A DNA stretch of 64,000 nt from Acidimicrobiia bacterium (GTDB lineage Bacteria; Actinomycetota; Acidimicrobiia; Spongiisociales; SHLN01): NCBI GenBank assembly GCA_041609995.1, contig JBFIPU010000002.1, positions 3,733-67,732 on the forward strand. The letters are read 5' to 3'. This document shows, piece by piece, positions 41,208-51,602 of this stretch. Made by a program: the position numbers and the translations under genes. The notes beneath the pieces were generated by a model. It was not told the DNA's origin. It made no database searches and saw nothing but the letters and a program-made list of their open reading frames with translations. Position 1 is the stretch's first letter. Every line of letters starts with the position of its first letter.

Positions 41208-43550
41208 TCAACCGGCGGTCAGCCAGATCGGATGTTCACGGAGGAAGATCTTGCTCCCGTCGTTCGCCGAGATCTCGAAGACCATCAGCGTGCCGACCTG
41301 GTCGAACGACACGTCGTAATCGACGGTGAAGGCGAACCGACCCCAGGCGGGGCCCCCTTCGGTCGTCATCGCAAACCCGGAGGCCAGCAGTGTTCCGTCG
41401 TTGTCGTAGAGCTCCCAGTCGAGGGCGGCCTCGAAGACGCGGGCGAGTCCGGTCACCTGCAGCGGTCGCCCGGCTGTGGCGAACCAGGCGGGTGTGTCGG
41501 CGAAGACCTCCGGGATGATCCCGGTGTCATTGAAGTAATCGCGGTTGATGGTCTCACCGAGGACGATCCCCTCCCCCGAGAAGACGGTGATGGGGACGCC
41601 ATCGATCGAATAGGCCACCTCGGTGGTTTGGAGGGTCTGGGTGAGGGTGAAGGTCATCTGCGCCAGACGGGCGAACATCGTCGCAGACCCACCCCCCGAC
41701 TCGAACTCCCCCGACAGGTCCACCTCGACCACGCCCGGGGCGGTGTGCTCGAGGCCGAGCAGGCGTGTGCCAGTTGGGATCTCGGTCCAAAGTGCCGGCG
41801 ACCCGTTCATCTCGGCAACGGTGGGCCCCTCCAATAATGCCGTGACGGTCGCTTCCAAGAGGTCGCCGTCTGCCGGCACGGTGCGCGTGACCGGAATGAG
41901 GAACGGCCCACCGTCGGGCTGGTCGTTCACGAAGTAGACCGATACGTTGCGCGTGGCGGCTAGGTCGAACGCTCCCGCCACCGGCCGGTGGGCGGCGGTT
42001 CCCCACCGGAAGCTGGTGGCTGCCTGAGAAGTCACATTGGCGCCCGACAGGTAGAACTGTGCCTCAGCAGGCCGGAACACGCCCACCGTATCGAGGCCGT
42101 CCGCATCCCAGTCCCCGGCCAGCACGACGTCCGAGGGTTCACCAAAGAAGAACTGGTGATCGGCGAATCCCGTGTCGAGGGTGTTGCGGAGATACGCAAA
42201 CCCGGTCGTGTCGCGATACAGGCCGATGGTGTCAATGCCGTCGCCGTCGAAATCGCCCGCAAACGGTTCGTCGCCCGGCACCCCGAAGTAGAAGTCGAAC
42301 TCGGCAACGCCGGTGTCCAGCGTGTTGCGGACGAAGACGCGATCGTTGCGGTAGATGGCGAGGGTGTCGCACCCGTCGTTGTCCCAATCCCCGGCGAGGG
42401 GAACATCCCCCGCCATCCCGTAGAAGAACTCGATGTCGGCCACGCCGAAGTCATTCGTGTTGCGCAGGTAGGCGAAGCCGTTGGAGGGGCGGAACATCCC
42501 AACGGTGTCGACCCCGTCACAGTCCCAGTCTCCCATGAGGGGGATGTCACCGCCGACCCCGTAGAAGAAGCTGGTGACATCTCCCGAAGCGTCGATCAGG
42601 CGCCACTCGGCGCTGTTGGGGTTGACGAGCGCCAGCGAGGTGCCTGGCACAGGCTGCCAGTCGGCCTCACTCCCCTCGACCGGGAGCGGGCCGAGGTCGG
42701 TGCCATTGGGCCGCACGCGAAACAGTTCGGACGTAGAGCCCGACACGTCGAAAAACGTGATCCACTCCCCGTCCGGTGACCAACGGGGATCGAACTTGCC
42801 TCCCCCTGCGGTCGTGACCACGGAGGCGTTGTTGCCGTCGGCGTCGGCGACCCACACCTCATACCCGTCGAGGCCCGGCCCCGGCATCGTGAAAGTGAGC
42901 TTGCCTTCGTGGAACTCCGGTCCCAGCGCTGTGCCCGACAAGGGCAGGGCCGTATCGCCGGTCCCGTCGGGTTTGATGGTGTTGATGCCCGAAAACCCAT
43001 CCGGCGCGAAGTAGTCATAGGCCAGCAGGTCGGCCTGGTGGCTCCATGTGATCCGACCCGGGGCCAGCGTTCCTTCCAGCTGTACGAGCTGTCTTTCTAC
43101 GCCGCTCCGTAGATCCACGATCCAGTAAGCGGCCCCGTCCTCGGAAATCGAGCCGTAGGCAAGCTGTTGACCGTCGGGAGACCAGGCGGGGGAACCGATC
43201 TGGGTGTTGGCATTGAAGTTGACCCGTCGCTGATCGCTGCCGTCGGCATTCATCACGTACAGCTGCCACACGCCCCCATCCCGGTTTGAGACGAATGCAA
43301 TGCGCTGACCGTCGGGTGAAAACACCGGCGCCCGGTTGGTGCCGGCCGTCAGAGGACCCAGCGGGTAATACGTATGGGTGAGCTGTCTCGCCTCCCCTGT
43401 TTCGAGGTCGGTCGTCCAGATCTCGCCGTCGATGACCGACACCACCAACCCGTTCTCCCCCGACGCGGTCGCCGCGAGGGCAGCCGCCGTCCCGATTGCC
43501 ACCATCAGCGACACGAACAAGCCCACCATGAACAGTCGTTTCCCGATCAC
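41208..43550 (-). CDS. Secreted TolB-like beta-propeller (PD40 repeats) protein fused to the same 'GDWDxDGxDT' FG-GAP/VCBS-like repeat module as 22251..24305
   Basis: Signal peptide MIGKRLFMVGLFVSLMVAIGTAAALAATA. PD40-like blades (FSPDGQRIAFVSNRDGGVWQLYVMNADGS; WSPDGQQLAY; WSPDGEWITFF). Six repeats (..GDIPLMGDWDCDGVDTVGMFRPSNGFAYLRNT.. etc.). Confidence 0.75.
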   Translation of the reverse strand: MIGKRLFMVGLFVSLMVAIGTAAALAATASGENGLVVSVIDGEIWTTDLETGEARQLTHTYYPLGPLTAGTNRAPVFSPDGQRIAFVSNRDGGVWQLYVMNADGSDQRRVNFNANTQIGSPAWSPDGQQLAYGSISEDGAAYWIVDLRSGVERQLVQLEGTLAPGRITWSHQADLLAYDYFAPDGFSGINTIKPDGTGDTALPLSGTALGPEFHEGKLTFTMPGPGLDGYEVWVADADGNNASVVTTAGGGKFDPRWSPDGEWITFFDVSGSTSELFRVRPNGTDLGPLPVEGSEADWQPVPGTSLALVNPNSAEWRLIDASGDVTSFFYGVGGDIPLMGDWDCDGVDTVGMFRPSNGFAYLRNTNDFGVADIEFFYGMAGDVPLAGDWDNDGCDTLAIYRNDRVFVRNTLDTGVAEFDFYFGVPGDEPFAGDFDGDGIDTIGLYRDTTGFAYLRNTLDTGFADHQFFFGEPSDVVLAGDWDADGLDTVGVFRPAEAQFYLSGANVTSQAATSFRWGTAAHRPVAGAFDLAATRNVSVYFVNDQPDGGPFLIPVTRTVPADGDLLEATVTALLEGPTVAEMNGSPALWTEIPTGTRLLGLEHTAPGVVEVDLSGEFESGGGSATMFARLAQMTFTLTQTLQTTEVAYSIDGVPITVFSGEGIVLGETINRDYFNDTGIIPEVFADTPAWFATAGRPLQVTGLARVFEAALDWELYDNDGTLLASGFAMTTEGGPAWGRFAFTVDYDVSFDQVGTLMVFEISANDGSKIFLREHPIWLTAG

Positions 43551-43712
43551 GTGCCCCTCTTCTGATCGACCTCATTCGATCCTACCGGTGGTTCCCAGCC
43601 ACGGCTCTCTGACTCGAAATCGACGTTTTCGGGAGCGGGAGCGCGTTCATCTGTAGACCTGCCCTGCCTCCGCCAGCGTCGCCCGTGGTCCGAGTGGGCG
43701 AGAGAGGACGAC

Positions 43713-43860
43713 ATGCCGACCAGAGATTCTTACGACCATGGGATCCCATCGTGGGTGGACCTCGGGACCACCGACGTCGATGGGGCCAAGGACTTCTACA
43801 CGGCTTTGTCCCGTCAGGACCGGGGAGCCCGACAGCACCGGGGAGTAGGAGCCGATCTGG
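43713..43860 (+). pseudogene. Remnant of a VOC/glyoxalase-family gene (first ~30 codons only)
   Basis: RBS GAGAGAGG + ATG, then MPTRDSYDHGIPSWVDLGTTDVDGAKDFYTAL (typical actinobacterial VOC N-terminus). The frame then degenerates into Arg-rich text and overlaps a convergent ORF. Confidence 0.35.
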
Positions 43861-44064
43861 TCAGGCGTTCTCCGACGCGGCCATCAACTCGAGCCGCCGC
43901 CGGATGTGCTCGCGCGTCATGTAGGCGCTGACCAGCTCGTCGTGGGCGGCCCGGGTCGCCGGCCGACTGAGCTGAACGGTGTCGAGCACCTCGTTGAGCT
44001 GGCGAATTCGTGCTTCCACGTACGCCAGCCGTGCATTGACCCGCTCTTGGGGAATCGAGCTCAT
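43861..44064 (-). CDS. Small hypothetical protein (67 aa)
   Basis: Track ORF only; helical/charged sequence, no motifs. Confidence 0.25.
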   Translation of the reverse strand: MSSIPQERVNARLAYVEARIRQLNEVLDTVQLSRPATRAAHDELVSAYMTREHIRRRLELMAASENA

Positions 44065-44123
44065 GGACTCGATGGTAGACCGGGAGAAGACGACGACAGT
44101 GGGGGTCCGCCCTGGCGGACCGT

Positions 44124-45029
44124 CTACTGTGTGAATTTGCCCTTCCGGATGCGATCCCGGCGCATGTTCCCCAGCTCGACCGCGCCGTCCAAAACGACCT
44201 CCGGGTCCGGCATGTAGTCGAGATCCGGGTTGCGGTCTTCATAGGGAACCGAGTTGAGGAGCACCTTGATGGCGTTGAGGCGAGCCCGACGCTTGTCCTC
44301 AGACCTGATGATGGTCCAGGGAGCCATCGACGTGTGCGTGCGTTTCAGCATCGCGTATTTCAGCTCGGTGAAATCGTCCCAGTGCTCTTGCGCCTGAACG
44401 TCGATTTCGCTCAGCTTCCACTGGCGCAAGGGGTCGTCCCGCCGCCGCTCGAAGCGCCGGGCCTGTTCGTCTTTGGTCACGCTGAAGTAGAGCTTGACGA
44501 GCACGGTGCCCTGCCGCACCAGGTCTTTCTCGAATCCCACTACGCCCCGCATGAAGTCCTCGTATTCGGTATCCGTGCAGAAGCCGAACACCTTCTCCAC
44601 GATCGCCCGGTTGTACCAGCTGCGGTCGAACAAGACCATCTCTCCCCCCCGCGGAAACTCGGTGACATAGCGCTGGAAGTACCACTGGGTGTTTTGCTCC
44701 TCTGTCGGCTTGCCGAGCGCGACCACCCGGTAGTGCTTCACATTCATATAGCGCGTCACACGCCGCAGCGTCCCGCCCTTGCCGGCTGCGTCCCGGCCTT
44801 CGAACAGAACGATCATGCGGCGCCCGCTCGCCTCCAGGTAGCGCTGCAGCTTCAGCAGCTCGACCTGGAATGGTCGGATGGTCTCTTCGGCGCTGAGCTT
44901 CTTCAGGGCGCGCCTGGCGTCGACGCGAAGCGCTCCTACTTCTTCCTGCAATTCCAGGTGCTGGGTGATCAGCTTTGACAGAGACATCGTCTCGTCACCA
45001 ACCACCACCTGGGGATCGTCGTCCGCCAT
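44124..45029 (-). CDS. ppk2: Polyphosphate kinase 2 (PPK2 family)
   Basis: Walker A FEGRDAAGKGGT, PPK2 motifs ..LFDRSWYNRAIVEKVFGF.. and lid region. Start at MADDDPQ. Confidence 0.9.
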   Translation of the reverse strand: MADDDPQVVVGDETMSLSKLITQHLELQEEVGALRVDARRALKKLSAEETIRPFQVELLKLQRYLEASGRRMIVLFEGRDAAGKGGTLRRVTRYMNVKHYRVVALGKPTEEQNTQWYFQRYVTEFPRGGEMVLFDRSWYNRAIVEKVFGFCTDTEYEDFMRGVVGFEKDLVRQGTVLVKLYFSVTKDEQARRFERRRDDPLRQWKLSEIDVQAQEHWDDFTELKYAMLKRTHTSMAPWTIIRSEDKRRARLNAIKVLLNSVPYEDRNPDLDYMPDPEVVLDGAVELGNMRRDRIRKGKFTQ

Positions 45030-45087
45030 GGACTCCAAGGTACCATCCCGCCGCCGGCAGGGCCATTCGATTCTGCGCCGTGCTGCG

Positions 45088-46119
45088 CTATCTCCGACGG
45101 CCAAACCACCCGATCGCGACGCCTACGAGCACGGCCAGTACCCCTTTGTCCCGAACGGACGCAGCGGGGCGAGAAGGGCGGGCGTCGGGCCGGGCGGCGA
45201 CCGGCGGCTGGATGTGCCGGTCCTTCACTTCGCGTTCGTCCGGCTGGACGATGTCGCCGTGCTCCAGATAGTCGCTATAAACCTTGGTCACCTCGGCCCC
45301 GAACACGAACACGAGCCACATCAGGTTGAAGAAGAAGAGCAAAACCGCCACCCCGCCCAGTGCCCCGAGTGTTCCGGTGGTTCCGGCCTGGCTGAGATAG
45401 ATGCCGACGCCGAACGCCGCCGCCAGGCCGGCGATGGCTGTGGCGCCGCCGCCTCGAATGGCTGCCTTCCAGGGGATGGTGATCGACGTGAGGCCTTGGA
45501 ACGTCAAGCCCACGACGACGCTCAGCATCAGCAACGAGACAACGGGCACCCCGAACTGCACGACCGGCCGCAGCCACGACAAAGCGCCGGGCAGTAGCGA
45601 CGCCAGCCAGCCGATCGCGCCGACCGCCAGCACCGGTACCAGCACCAGCACCGCCAATATCAGGGCGGACACCAGGGCGATCCCCCGTTTGATGAGCCAT
45701 CCCGTAACGCCCGACGGTCGCTTGTCCTGCGGAACGTGAAACAGGGCGTTCAAGACCCCCTGGACTTGCTGAAAGATGCCCGAGGCCGAGAACGCCGCCA
45801 GCACCAGACCGATTCCGAGTGCGCCGCCCCGCTGTTCCCGTACAGTCTCGAGAAGGTCGCCGATTATGGAGCCGATCTCGTCGCCGGCCACGGCCGCCAC
45901 CTGATCGACCACCTCGTTGACCGCCGAGGGCTCGTCGAACACGAAGCCGGCGATCGCCACCATCAAGAACAGCGCCGGTACCAGGGCGAATACGGAGTAG
46001 TAGGTGAGGGCGGCGGCCTGCCGGCCGCCGTTATCGACGCCGAATTCCTTGCCGGCTGCCTTCAGCATCTCGAACACCTGGCGGGGCGTCAGTCGCCGGG
46101 TGCGCTGGTCAGCGGCCAC
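45088..46119 (-). CDS. YihY/BrkB-family membrane protein
   Basis: ..GGRQAAALTYYSVFALVPALFLMVAIAGF.. is the YihY signature; six TM helices. Confidence 0.8.
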   Translation of the reverse strand: MAADQRTRRLTPRQVFEMLKAAGKEFGVDNGGRQAAALTYYSVFALVPALFLMVAIAGFVFDEPSAVNEVVDQVAAVAGDEIGSIIGDLLETVREQRGGALGIGLVLAAFSASGIFQQVQGVLNALFHVPQDKRPSGVTGWLIKRGIALVSALILAVLVLVPVLAVGAIGWLASLLPGALSWLRPVVQFGVPVVSLLMLSVVVGLTFQGLTSITIPWKAAIRGGGATAIAGLAAAFGVGIYLSQAGTTGTLGALGGVAVLLFFFNLMWLVFVFGAEVTKVYSDYLEHGDIVQPDEREVKDRHIQPPVAARPDARPSRPAASVRDKGVLAVLVGVAIGWFGRRR

Positions 46120-47878
46120 GAATCAACACCTCCGGTATCGGTGCGGTACGAGCCCGGAGCCATTCACCCAGGCTCTTTGCCTGGGCATCCTGGCGGGTAG
46201 CGGCCGCCACGCCTTCTTGCAGTAGGCCGCGGATGACGAAATTCAGTGCACGTAAGTTGGGTAGACGGTAGCGCTCGATCACCAGGTCCGCTGTCTCCGG
46301 TAACAGCTCTCGCAACCGGTAGGTGGTGAGGAAGCCGTCGAGCCAGACGAACGCCGGATCCGAACGGGTGAACACACCGAGGTTGGCGTCTCCCCCCTTG
46401 TCGCCCGACCGGGTCCCGATCACGCGTCCGAGGGCCGCTTCCACCGTCGGACCCGTGGGCGCCGCGTCTTGCGGTTCCGGGGGCGCAACGATCACGACAC
46501 GGCCTGGGGGCGCCTCCGATCCGACTTCGAACGACTGACCGCCAATCGCAACCTGGGCAGGTACGTGCTCAGCCGAAATCAGCGCCGGGCGAAACACCCC
46601 GAAGGGCTCGCCGTCACCGGGACGGCCGCTCAGGGCGTACATGCCGGGGATCGAGGCCAGGAACGTCTGGACGACGGCGTCGGAAAAAGCGCGCCCCACC
46701 TTGTCGGCGTCGGCGTCTTTGACCGTCAACCTCCAGCTGGCAGTCGCTCGCTCGTTGGTGTCGGGGTCCGGGTGTTCGGTGCGCACGACCTGGCTGGAGA
46801 CGACGTCGAAGTCCGCCGGGTCGAGTGGACAGCGGTCCCAGAAAGAGGCCTGGACGAACTCCGCTTTTTCGGCGATGTCGAGCCCGGTGAGCGCGATGGA
46901 GAACGAGTTGCGGTACCCGCCCAATTCGTTGATCCCGACCTTGAGCGTCGGCGGCGGCGGTTCGCCCTTGACGCCGGAGATCAAGACGCGGTCGTGGTCG
47001 ATGTGGTCCAGAGAGATGGTGTCGAAACGGGCAGTGACATCAGGACCTGGGTAGGCAGGGGCACCGATCTCGTAGAGCAGCTGAGAGGTGACCGTGCCGA
47101 TGTTGATCGCTCCCCCGGTTCCGTGGTGTTTGCCGATCACGCTGGTGCCGTCGGCCGCTACGTCCGCCCAGGGAAACCCGAAGCGGGCACGCGCCGGGTC
47201 GGCGTATCCTTCGATCTCGGTGAAGAACGAATAGTTCCCACCGGTCGCCTGCGTCGAACACTCGAGGACATGGCCGGCCACCACCCCTCCCGCCAACGCA
47301 TCCCAATCGTCACGCCGCCACCCATGGTGCCAGGCGGCCGGCCCGCACACCACGGCCGCGTCCGTCACCCGTCCGGAGATCACGATGTCCGCCCCCCGTT
47401 CCAGCGCGTCGACGATTCCCCAGCAACCGAGGTAGGCGTTGGCCGTGAGATAGCGATCCGGATCGCCCAGGCCAGAGTCCTCGTCGAACGGTTCGAGAAA
47501 CGGGGCGAGCTCGGCCAAGCGAGGCATCAGGTCGTCGCCGGAAACAGTGGCGATGGACGGGCTCAAACCGAGCTGATCTGCCACCAATGCCACCGCCTCG
47601 GCACACCCGGCCGGGTCGAGGCCGCCCGCATTGGAGACGACCTTGATCCCCCGTTCCAGGCAATCGGCCATGACCTCGCCCATCTGCGCCACGAACGTGC
47701 GGGCGTATCCGCCCCCCGGGTGCTTGGCCCGTGTGCGGGACAGGATCAGCATGGTGAGCTCGGCCAGCCAATCCCCGGTGAGAACATCGATCGGGCCGCC
47801 GGTCACCATCTCGCGAGCGGCCGACAGCCGGTCGCCGTAATAACCCGAGCAGTTGGCGATCCGAATCGGATCAGCCAC
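46109..47878 (-). CDS. AtuA-family (DUF1446) acyclic-terpene-utilisation-type protein
   Basis: N-term IRIANCSGYYGDRLSAAREMV.. and overall DUF1446 pattern. GTG start at 47878; GTGA overlap with carboxylase alpha stop. Confidence 0.75.
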   Translation of the reverse strand: MADPIRIANCSGYYGDRLSAAREMVTGGPIDVLTGDWLAELTMLILSRTRAKHPGGGYARTFVAQMGEVMADCLERGIKVVSNAGGLDPAGCAEAVALVADQLGLSPSIATVSGDDLMPRLAELAPFLEPFDEDSGLGDPDRYLTANAYLGCWGIVDALERGADIVISGRVTDAAVVCGPAAWHHGWRRDDWDALAGGVVAGHVLECSTQATGGNYSFFTEIEGYADPARARFGFPWADVAADGTSVIGKHHGTGGAINIGTVTSQLLYEIGAPAYPGPDVTARFDTISLDHIDHDRVLISGVKGEPPPPTLKVGINELGGYRNSFSIALTGLDIAEKAEFVQASFWDRCPLDPADFDVVSSQVVRTEHPDPDTNERATASWRLTVKDADADKVGRAFSDAVVQTFLASIPGMYALSGRPGDGEPFGVFRPALISAEHVPAQVAIGGQSFEVGSEAPPGRVVIVAPPEPQDAAPTGPTVEAALGRVIGTRSGDKGGDANLGVFTRSDPAFVWLDGFLTTYRLRELLPETADLVIERYRLPNLRALNFVIRGLLQEGVAAATRQDAQAKSLGEWLRARTAPIPEVLIRGR

Positions 47879-49886
47879 GATCCTCGTCCCGGGCGATGGC
47901 CTCGAGCCGGACCAGCAGATCACCAGTCTCGACCCGGTCGCCCACTGAGTACCGTACGTCGGCAACCGTGGCGGGTATGGCGGCCGTGATCCGATGTTCC
48001 ATCTTCATGGCTTCCACCACCATCAGCACCTCCCCGTCCTGAACGACCTGGCCCGCGGTGACGTGGACGGCGATCACCGTCCCCGGCAATGGAGACACCG
48101 GGCCCTGGCCGGCTTCCTCGAACTCGGGTGCGACGAACCGGGGCACGCGCGTGAAGGTGACGGCGCCGCTGGGTCCGGTCGTGTGGGCCCGGTTGCCGTC
48201 GAGGTCGACGCCAATGAGACGTCGCTCCCCGTCGATTACGACCGCCTGGCCCGTGAGGGAGCGTTGGAACAATCGAACCGAGATTTGGCGGCGCCCATCC
48301 GGGGTCAGGCTGCCATCCTCCGTGGCTTGGGGCCATGGCCCATACCAGACGTCGGCAGCTGACGGTCCCTGCATCACGTACTCGACCGCGTGCTCGCCGC
48401 GGGCGTCTCGCCACAACTGTCGCTGGCCGGTCGTGAGCAGATTCCGCCAGCCTGAGGGGGCGAAGCCGGTGACATCGTCCGCCAGCCGATCGTTGAGCTC
48501 GGTGGCGAACACCGCGCCCAGCAACAACGCCAACCGATCGTCGCCGTCGGGACCGGGCGGATCGAGCACCGCCGGGTGGTCGTCGAGGTAGGTCGTGGGT
48601 GTCTCAGCAGCGAGGAATTCATCCTCGGACAAAACCGCGATGAGGGTGTCGATGTTGGTCGTCACCCCGGTGATGCGGGCGGCCCGCAACGTCCGGGCCA
48701 GCACCCGCGCAGCAGAAGGGCGATCGGGACCGTGGGCGATCACTTTGGCGAGCAGCGAGTCGTAGTCGCTGGAGATCTGGCTGCCGGCTCTGGTCCCGGT
48801 GTCGACCCGCACGTCGCCTTCGATGTCGAAGGAGCGAACGGTGCCCGTCGACGGGAGCCACTCCTGCGATGGATCCTCGGCGACCACCCGCGCCTCGATG
48901 GCGTGTCCTTCGAATGTCACGTCGTCCTGGGTGATCGGGAGCGGTTCGCCGTCGGCCACCATCAGCTGGAGCGCCACCAGGTCGAGGCCGGTCACGGCCT
49001 CGGTCACCGGATGTTCGACCTGGAGCCGCGTGTTGACCTCGAGGAAGTTGATGGCGCCGTCGGCCCCGACCAGGAACTCGACGGTTCCGGCGCCCACGTA
49101 TCCGACGTGCCGGCCGAGCGCCACAGCCCCCCGCAGGAGTGTGCCGCGCATCTCGTGGGTGATGCCGGCCGACGGCGCTTCTTCGAGGATCTTCTGGTTG
49201 CGGCGCTGGATCGAGCATTCCCTCTCCCCCAAGTGGATCACGTTGCCGTGCCGGTCGCCGATGATCTGCACCTCGACGTGCCTTCCCTTCTCGAGGAAGG
49301 GCTCCACGAACACCGAGCCGTCTCCGAAGGCGCTCTCAGCCTCCCGCGAGGCGGCGACGATGGCCTCGGCGAGGTCCGAGCGGTTTCGCACGACCCGCAT
49401 GCCCCTCCCCCCGCCACCGGCGGCCGCTTTCACGAGGGCCGGCATCGGGACATCATCGGGCGGCTCGGTGCCGGGCGTCACGACGATGGCGGGCGTGGTC
49501 TCGACCCCGGCTTCCTCCGCTGCCCGCTTGGCGGCGACTTTGTCGCCCAGCAGGCGAATGTGATCGGGGTCGGGGCCCACCCAGAGCAGGCCGGCATCCA
49601 TCACTGCCTGTGCGAACTCGGCGTTCTCGGCCAGAAAGCCATATCCGGGGTGTACAGCATCACAGCCGGTTTCGAGCGCGGCCTCAATCAGCAGATCCCC
49701 GCGAAGGTAGGTGTCGTTGGGGCTGGATCCGGGGAGCGATACCGCCACGTCGACGACGTCGGTGTGCATTGCCCCGGCGTCGGGATCCGCATACACCCCG
49801 ACCGTATCGATCCCGAGCCGATGGGCGCCCTCGGCGATGCGGACAGCGATCTCGCCCCGGTTGGCGATCAGCAGACGTCGCATCAT
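47871..49886 (-). CDS. Acyl-CoA carboxylase biotin-containing alpha subunit (BC + BCCP; MCC/GCC-type)
   Basis: MMRRLLIANRGEIAVRIAE.. (BC). C-terminal biotinyl domain VEAMKMEH. 671 aa from the ATG at 49886; upstream part of the 880-aa track ORF is noise. Confidence 0.9.
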   Translation of the reverse strand: MMRRLLIANRGEIAVRIAEGAHRLGIDTVGVYADPDAGAMHTDVVDVAVSLPGSSPNDTYLRGDLLIEAALETGCDAVHPGYGFLAENAEFAQAVMDAGLLWVGPDPDHIRLLGDKVAAKRAAEEAGVETTPAIVVTPGTEPPDDVPMPALVKAAAGGGGRGMRVVRNRSDLAEAIVAASREAESAFGDGSVFVEPFLEKGRHVEVQIIGDRHGNVIHLGERECSIQRRNQKILEEAPSAGITHEMRGTLLRGAVALGRHVGYVGAGTVEFLVGADGAINFLEVNTRLQVEHPVTEAVTGLDLVALQLMVADGEPLPITQDDVTFEGHAIEARVVAEDPSQEWLPSTGTVRSFDIEGDVRVDTGTRAGSQISSDYDSLLAKVIAHGPDRPSAARVLARTLRAARITGVTTNIDTLIAVLSEDEFLAAETPTTYLDDHPAVLDPPGPDGDDRLALLLGAVFATELNDRLADDVTGFAPSGWRNLLTTGQRQLWRDARGEHAVEYVMQGPSAADVWYGPWPQATEDGSLTPDGRRQISVRLFQRSLTGQAVVIDGERRLIGVDLDGNRAHTTGPSGAVTFTRVPRFVAPEFEEAGQGPVSPLPGTVIAVHVTAGQVVQDGEVLMVVEAMKMEHRITAAIPATVADVRYSVGDRVETGDLLVRLEAIARDEDRG

Positions 49887-51493
49887 CAGTGCCGCCAGAC
49901 GCCGTATTCGCTGGCGCCCTCGATCACATTGCTGTGAGCAGCCGATAACGCCAGGCCCAGCACCGTGCGCGAATCCGCCGGGTGGATGATGCCATCGTCC
50001 CACAGGCGCCCGGTGGAGAACAGGGCAGTCGATTCGTCTTCGATCTGGGCTTCCAGTTCGGCTGTCTTGCGGGCCAGTTCGTCTTCGTCGACCTCGACGC
50101 CTTTGCCGGCCGCAGCATTGCGGGCGACGATTTCCATGACGCCGGCCAGCTGCTTGGGTCCCATCACTGCGATCTTGTGGTTTGGCCAGCTGAAGACGAA
50201 CCGGGGCTCGTAGGCTCGCCCGGCCATCCCGTAGTTGCCGGCGCCGTAGCTGGCCCCGACCATCAGGTTGAAGTGGGGCACCGTGGAGTTGGAGACGGCG
50301 TTGATCATCTTCGCGCCGTTGACGATGATCCCGCCCTGCTCGGCTTTCGAGCCGACCATGAAGCCCGTGATGTTGTGGAGGAAGACCAGCGGTGTGTCCG
50401 TGCGGTTGCAGAGCTGGATGAACTGGGCCCCTTTGCGGGCTTCCTCCGAGAACAGGATCCCGTTGTTCCCGAGCAGGCCCACCGGAAAGCCGTGAATGGA
50501 GCCCCAGCCGCATACGAGCTTGTCACCAAAGAGCGGCTTGAACTCCTCGAAACGGCTGCCGTCCAGGATGCGGGCATAGATCTCACGGATTTCGAACGGG
50601 ATCCGTACGTCGGCCGAGGCACAGCCGATCAGCTCGGCGGGGTCATACAGTGGGTCGTCGTCGGGCTGAGACGGACCGGGGCCGAGACGGCGCCAGTTGA
50701 GGTGGCGGACGATTTGGCGGGCAAGCCGGAGCGCATCCATCTCGTCCACTGCCAGGTAGTCGGAGAGCCCGCTGGTGCGGGAGTGCATCTCGGCTCCGCC
50801 CAGTGTCTCCTCATCCACGATCTCGTCGATCGCCATCTTCACGAGCGGGGGGCCGCCCAGGTAGGCGGTACCGCGGCCCTTGACGAACACGGTGTAGTCG
50901 CTCATCCCCGGCACGTATGCGCCGCCTGCAGTGTTGGGCCCAAAGGCGACGGTGATGGTGGGAATCCCGGCCCGGGACATGCGGGTGAGCTCCTTGAAGC
51001 TCGCTCCCCCACCGATGAAGAGGTCGGCTTGCCGGGGAAGGTCGGCGCCTGCCGATTCGTTCAGCACGATCAACGGCAGGCGGTTGTTGTGCACGATTTC
51101 CCACAGGCGCTGTTGTTTCCGCCACGACGTGGGGTTCATGGAGCCGCCACGGTAGGTCATGTCCGAGCCGGTGATGGCACACTGGACCCCCTCCACCACC
51201 CCGATGCCGGTGACCAGGCCCACCCCGACCGGGTCCCGGGTGCCCCAGCCGGCCAGCGGGCTCAGCTCGAGAAACGGCGTGTTGGGGTCGACCAGGTGCT
51301 CGATGCGGTCCCGCACCAGCATCTTGCCTCGCTTGCGGTGCCGGTTGACGTACCGTTGTCCGCCGATGCCGGGGACGCTCGCGAGCTCGGCCGCCACCTC
51401 TGCCCACAGCTCCTCCATCGCCGCCAGGTTGGCGGCGTACTCCTCGGACCGGGTGTCCAGCCGGCTGACGAGTTGCTGTCCGATTCCGCTCAT
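49886..51493 (-). CDS. Acyl-CoA carboxylase carboxyltransferase beta subunit (MccB/AtuC-type)
   Basis: 535 aa from MSGIGQQL (ATG 51493, RBS GGAGGGG); CT crotonase-fold dimer sequence. ATGA coupling to the alpha subunit. Confidence 0.9.
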   Translation of the reverse strand: MSGIGQQLVSRLDTRSEEYAANLAAMEELWAEVAAELASVPGIGGQRYVNRHRKRGKMLVRDRIEHLVDPNTPFLELSPLAGWGTRDPVGVGLVTGIGVVEGVQCAITGSDMTYRGGSMNPTSWRKQQRLWEIVHNNRLPLIVLNESAGADLPRQADLFIGGGASFKELTRMSRAGIPTITVAFGPNTAGGAYVPGMSDYTVFVKGRGTAYLGGPPLVKMAIDEIVDEETLGGAEMHSRTSGLSDYLAVDEMDALRLARQIVRHLNWRRLGPGPSQPDDDPLYDPAELIGCASADVRIPFEIREIYARILDGSRFEEFKPLFGDKLVCGWGSIHGFPVGLLGNNGILFSEEARKGAQFIQLCNRTDTPLVFLHNITGFMVGSKAEQGGIIVNGAKMINAVSNSTVPHFNLMVGASYGAGNYGMAGRAYEPRFVFSWPNHKIAVMGPKQLAGVMEIVARNAAAGKGVEVDEDELARKTAELEAQIEDESTALFSTGRLWDDGIIHPADSRTVLGLALSAAHSNVIEGASEYGVWRH

Positions 51494-51602
51494 GTCCCCT
51501 CCGGGGCGGGTGGTCTTGATCGAGGAACGGTAGCGAATGGCACGGTGCGCTGTCACTTTAAGCTCAGGCCACGGCGAGACCCGGGAGGTTGCGAGGTACC
51601 CC

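Noticed and set aside
49887-50513. N-terminal ~200-aa extension of the 880-aa track ORF upstream of the carboxylase alpha subunit
   Set aside because: Overlaps the well-supported CT beta-subunit gene in another frame. The biotin carboxylase homology starts at MMRRLLIANRGE (49886).
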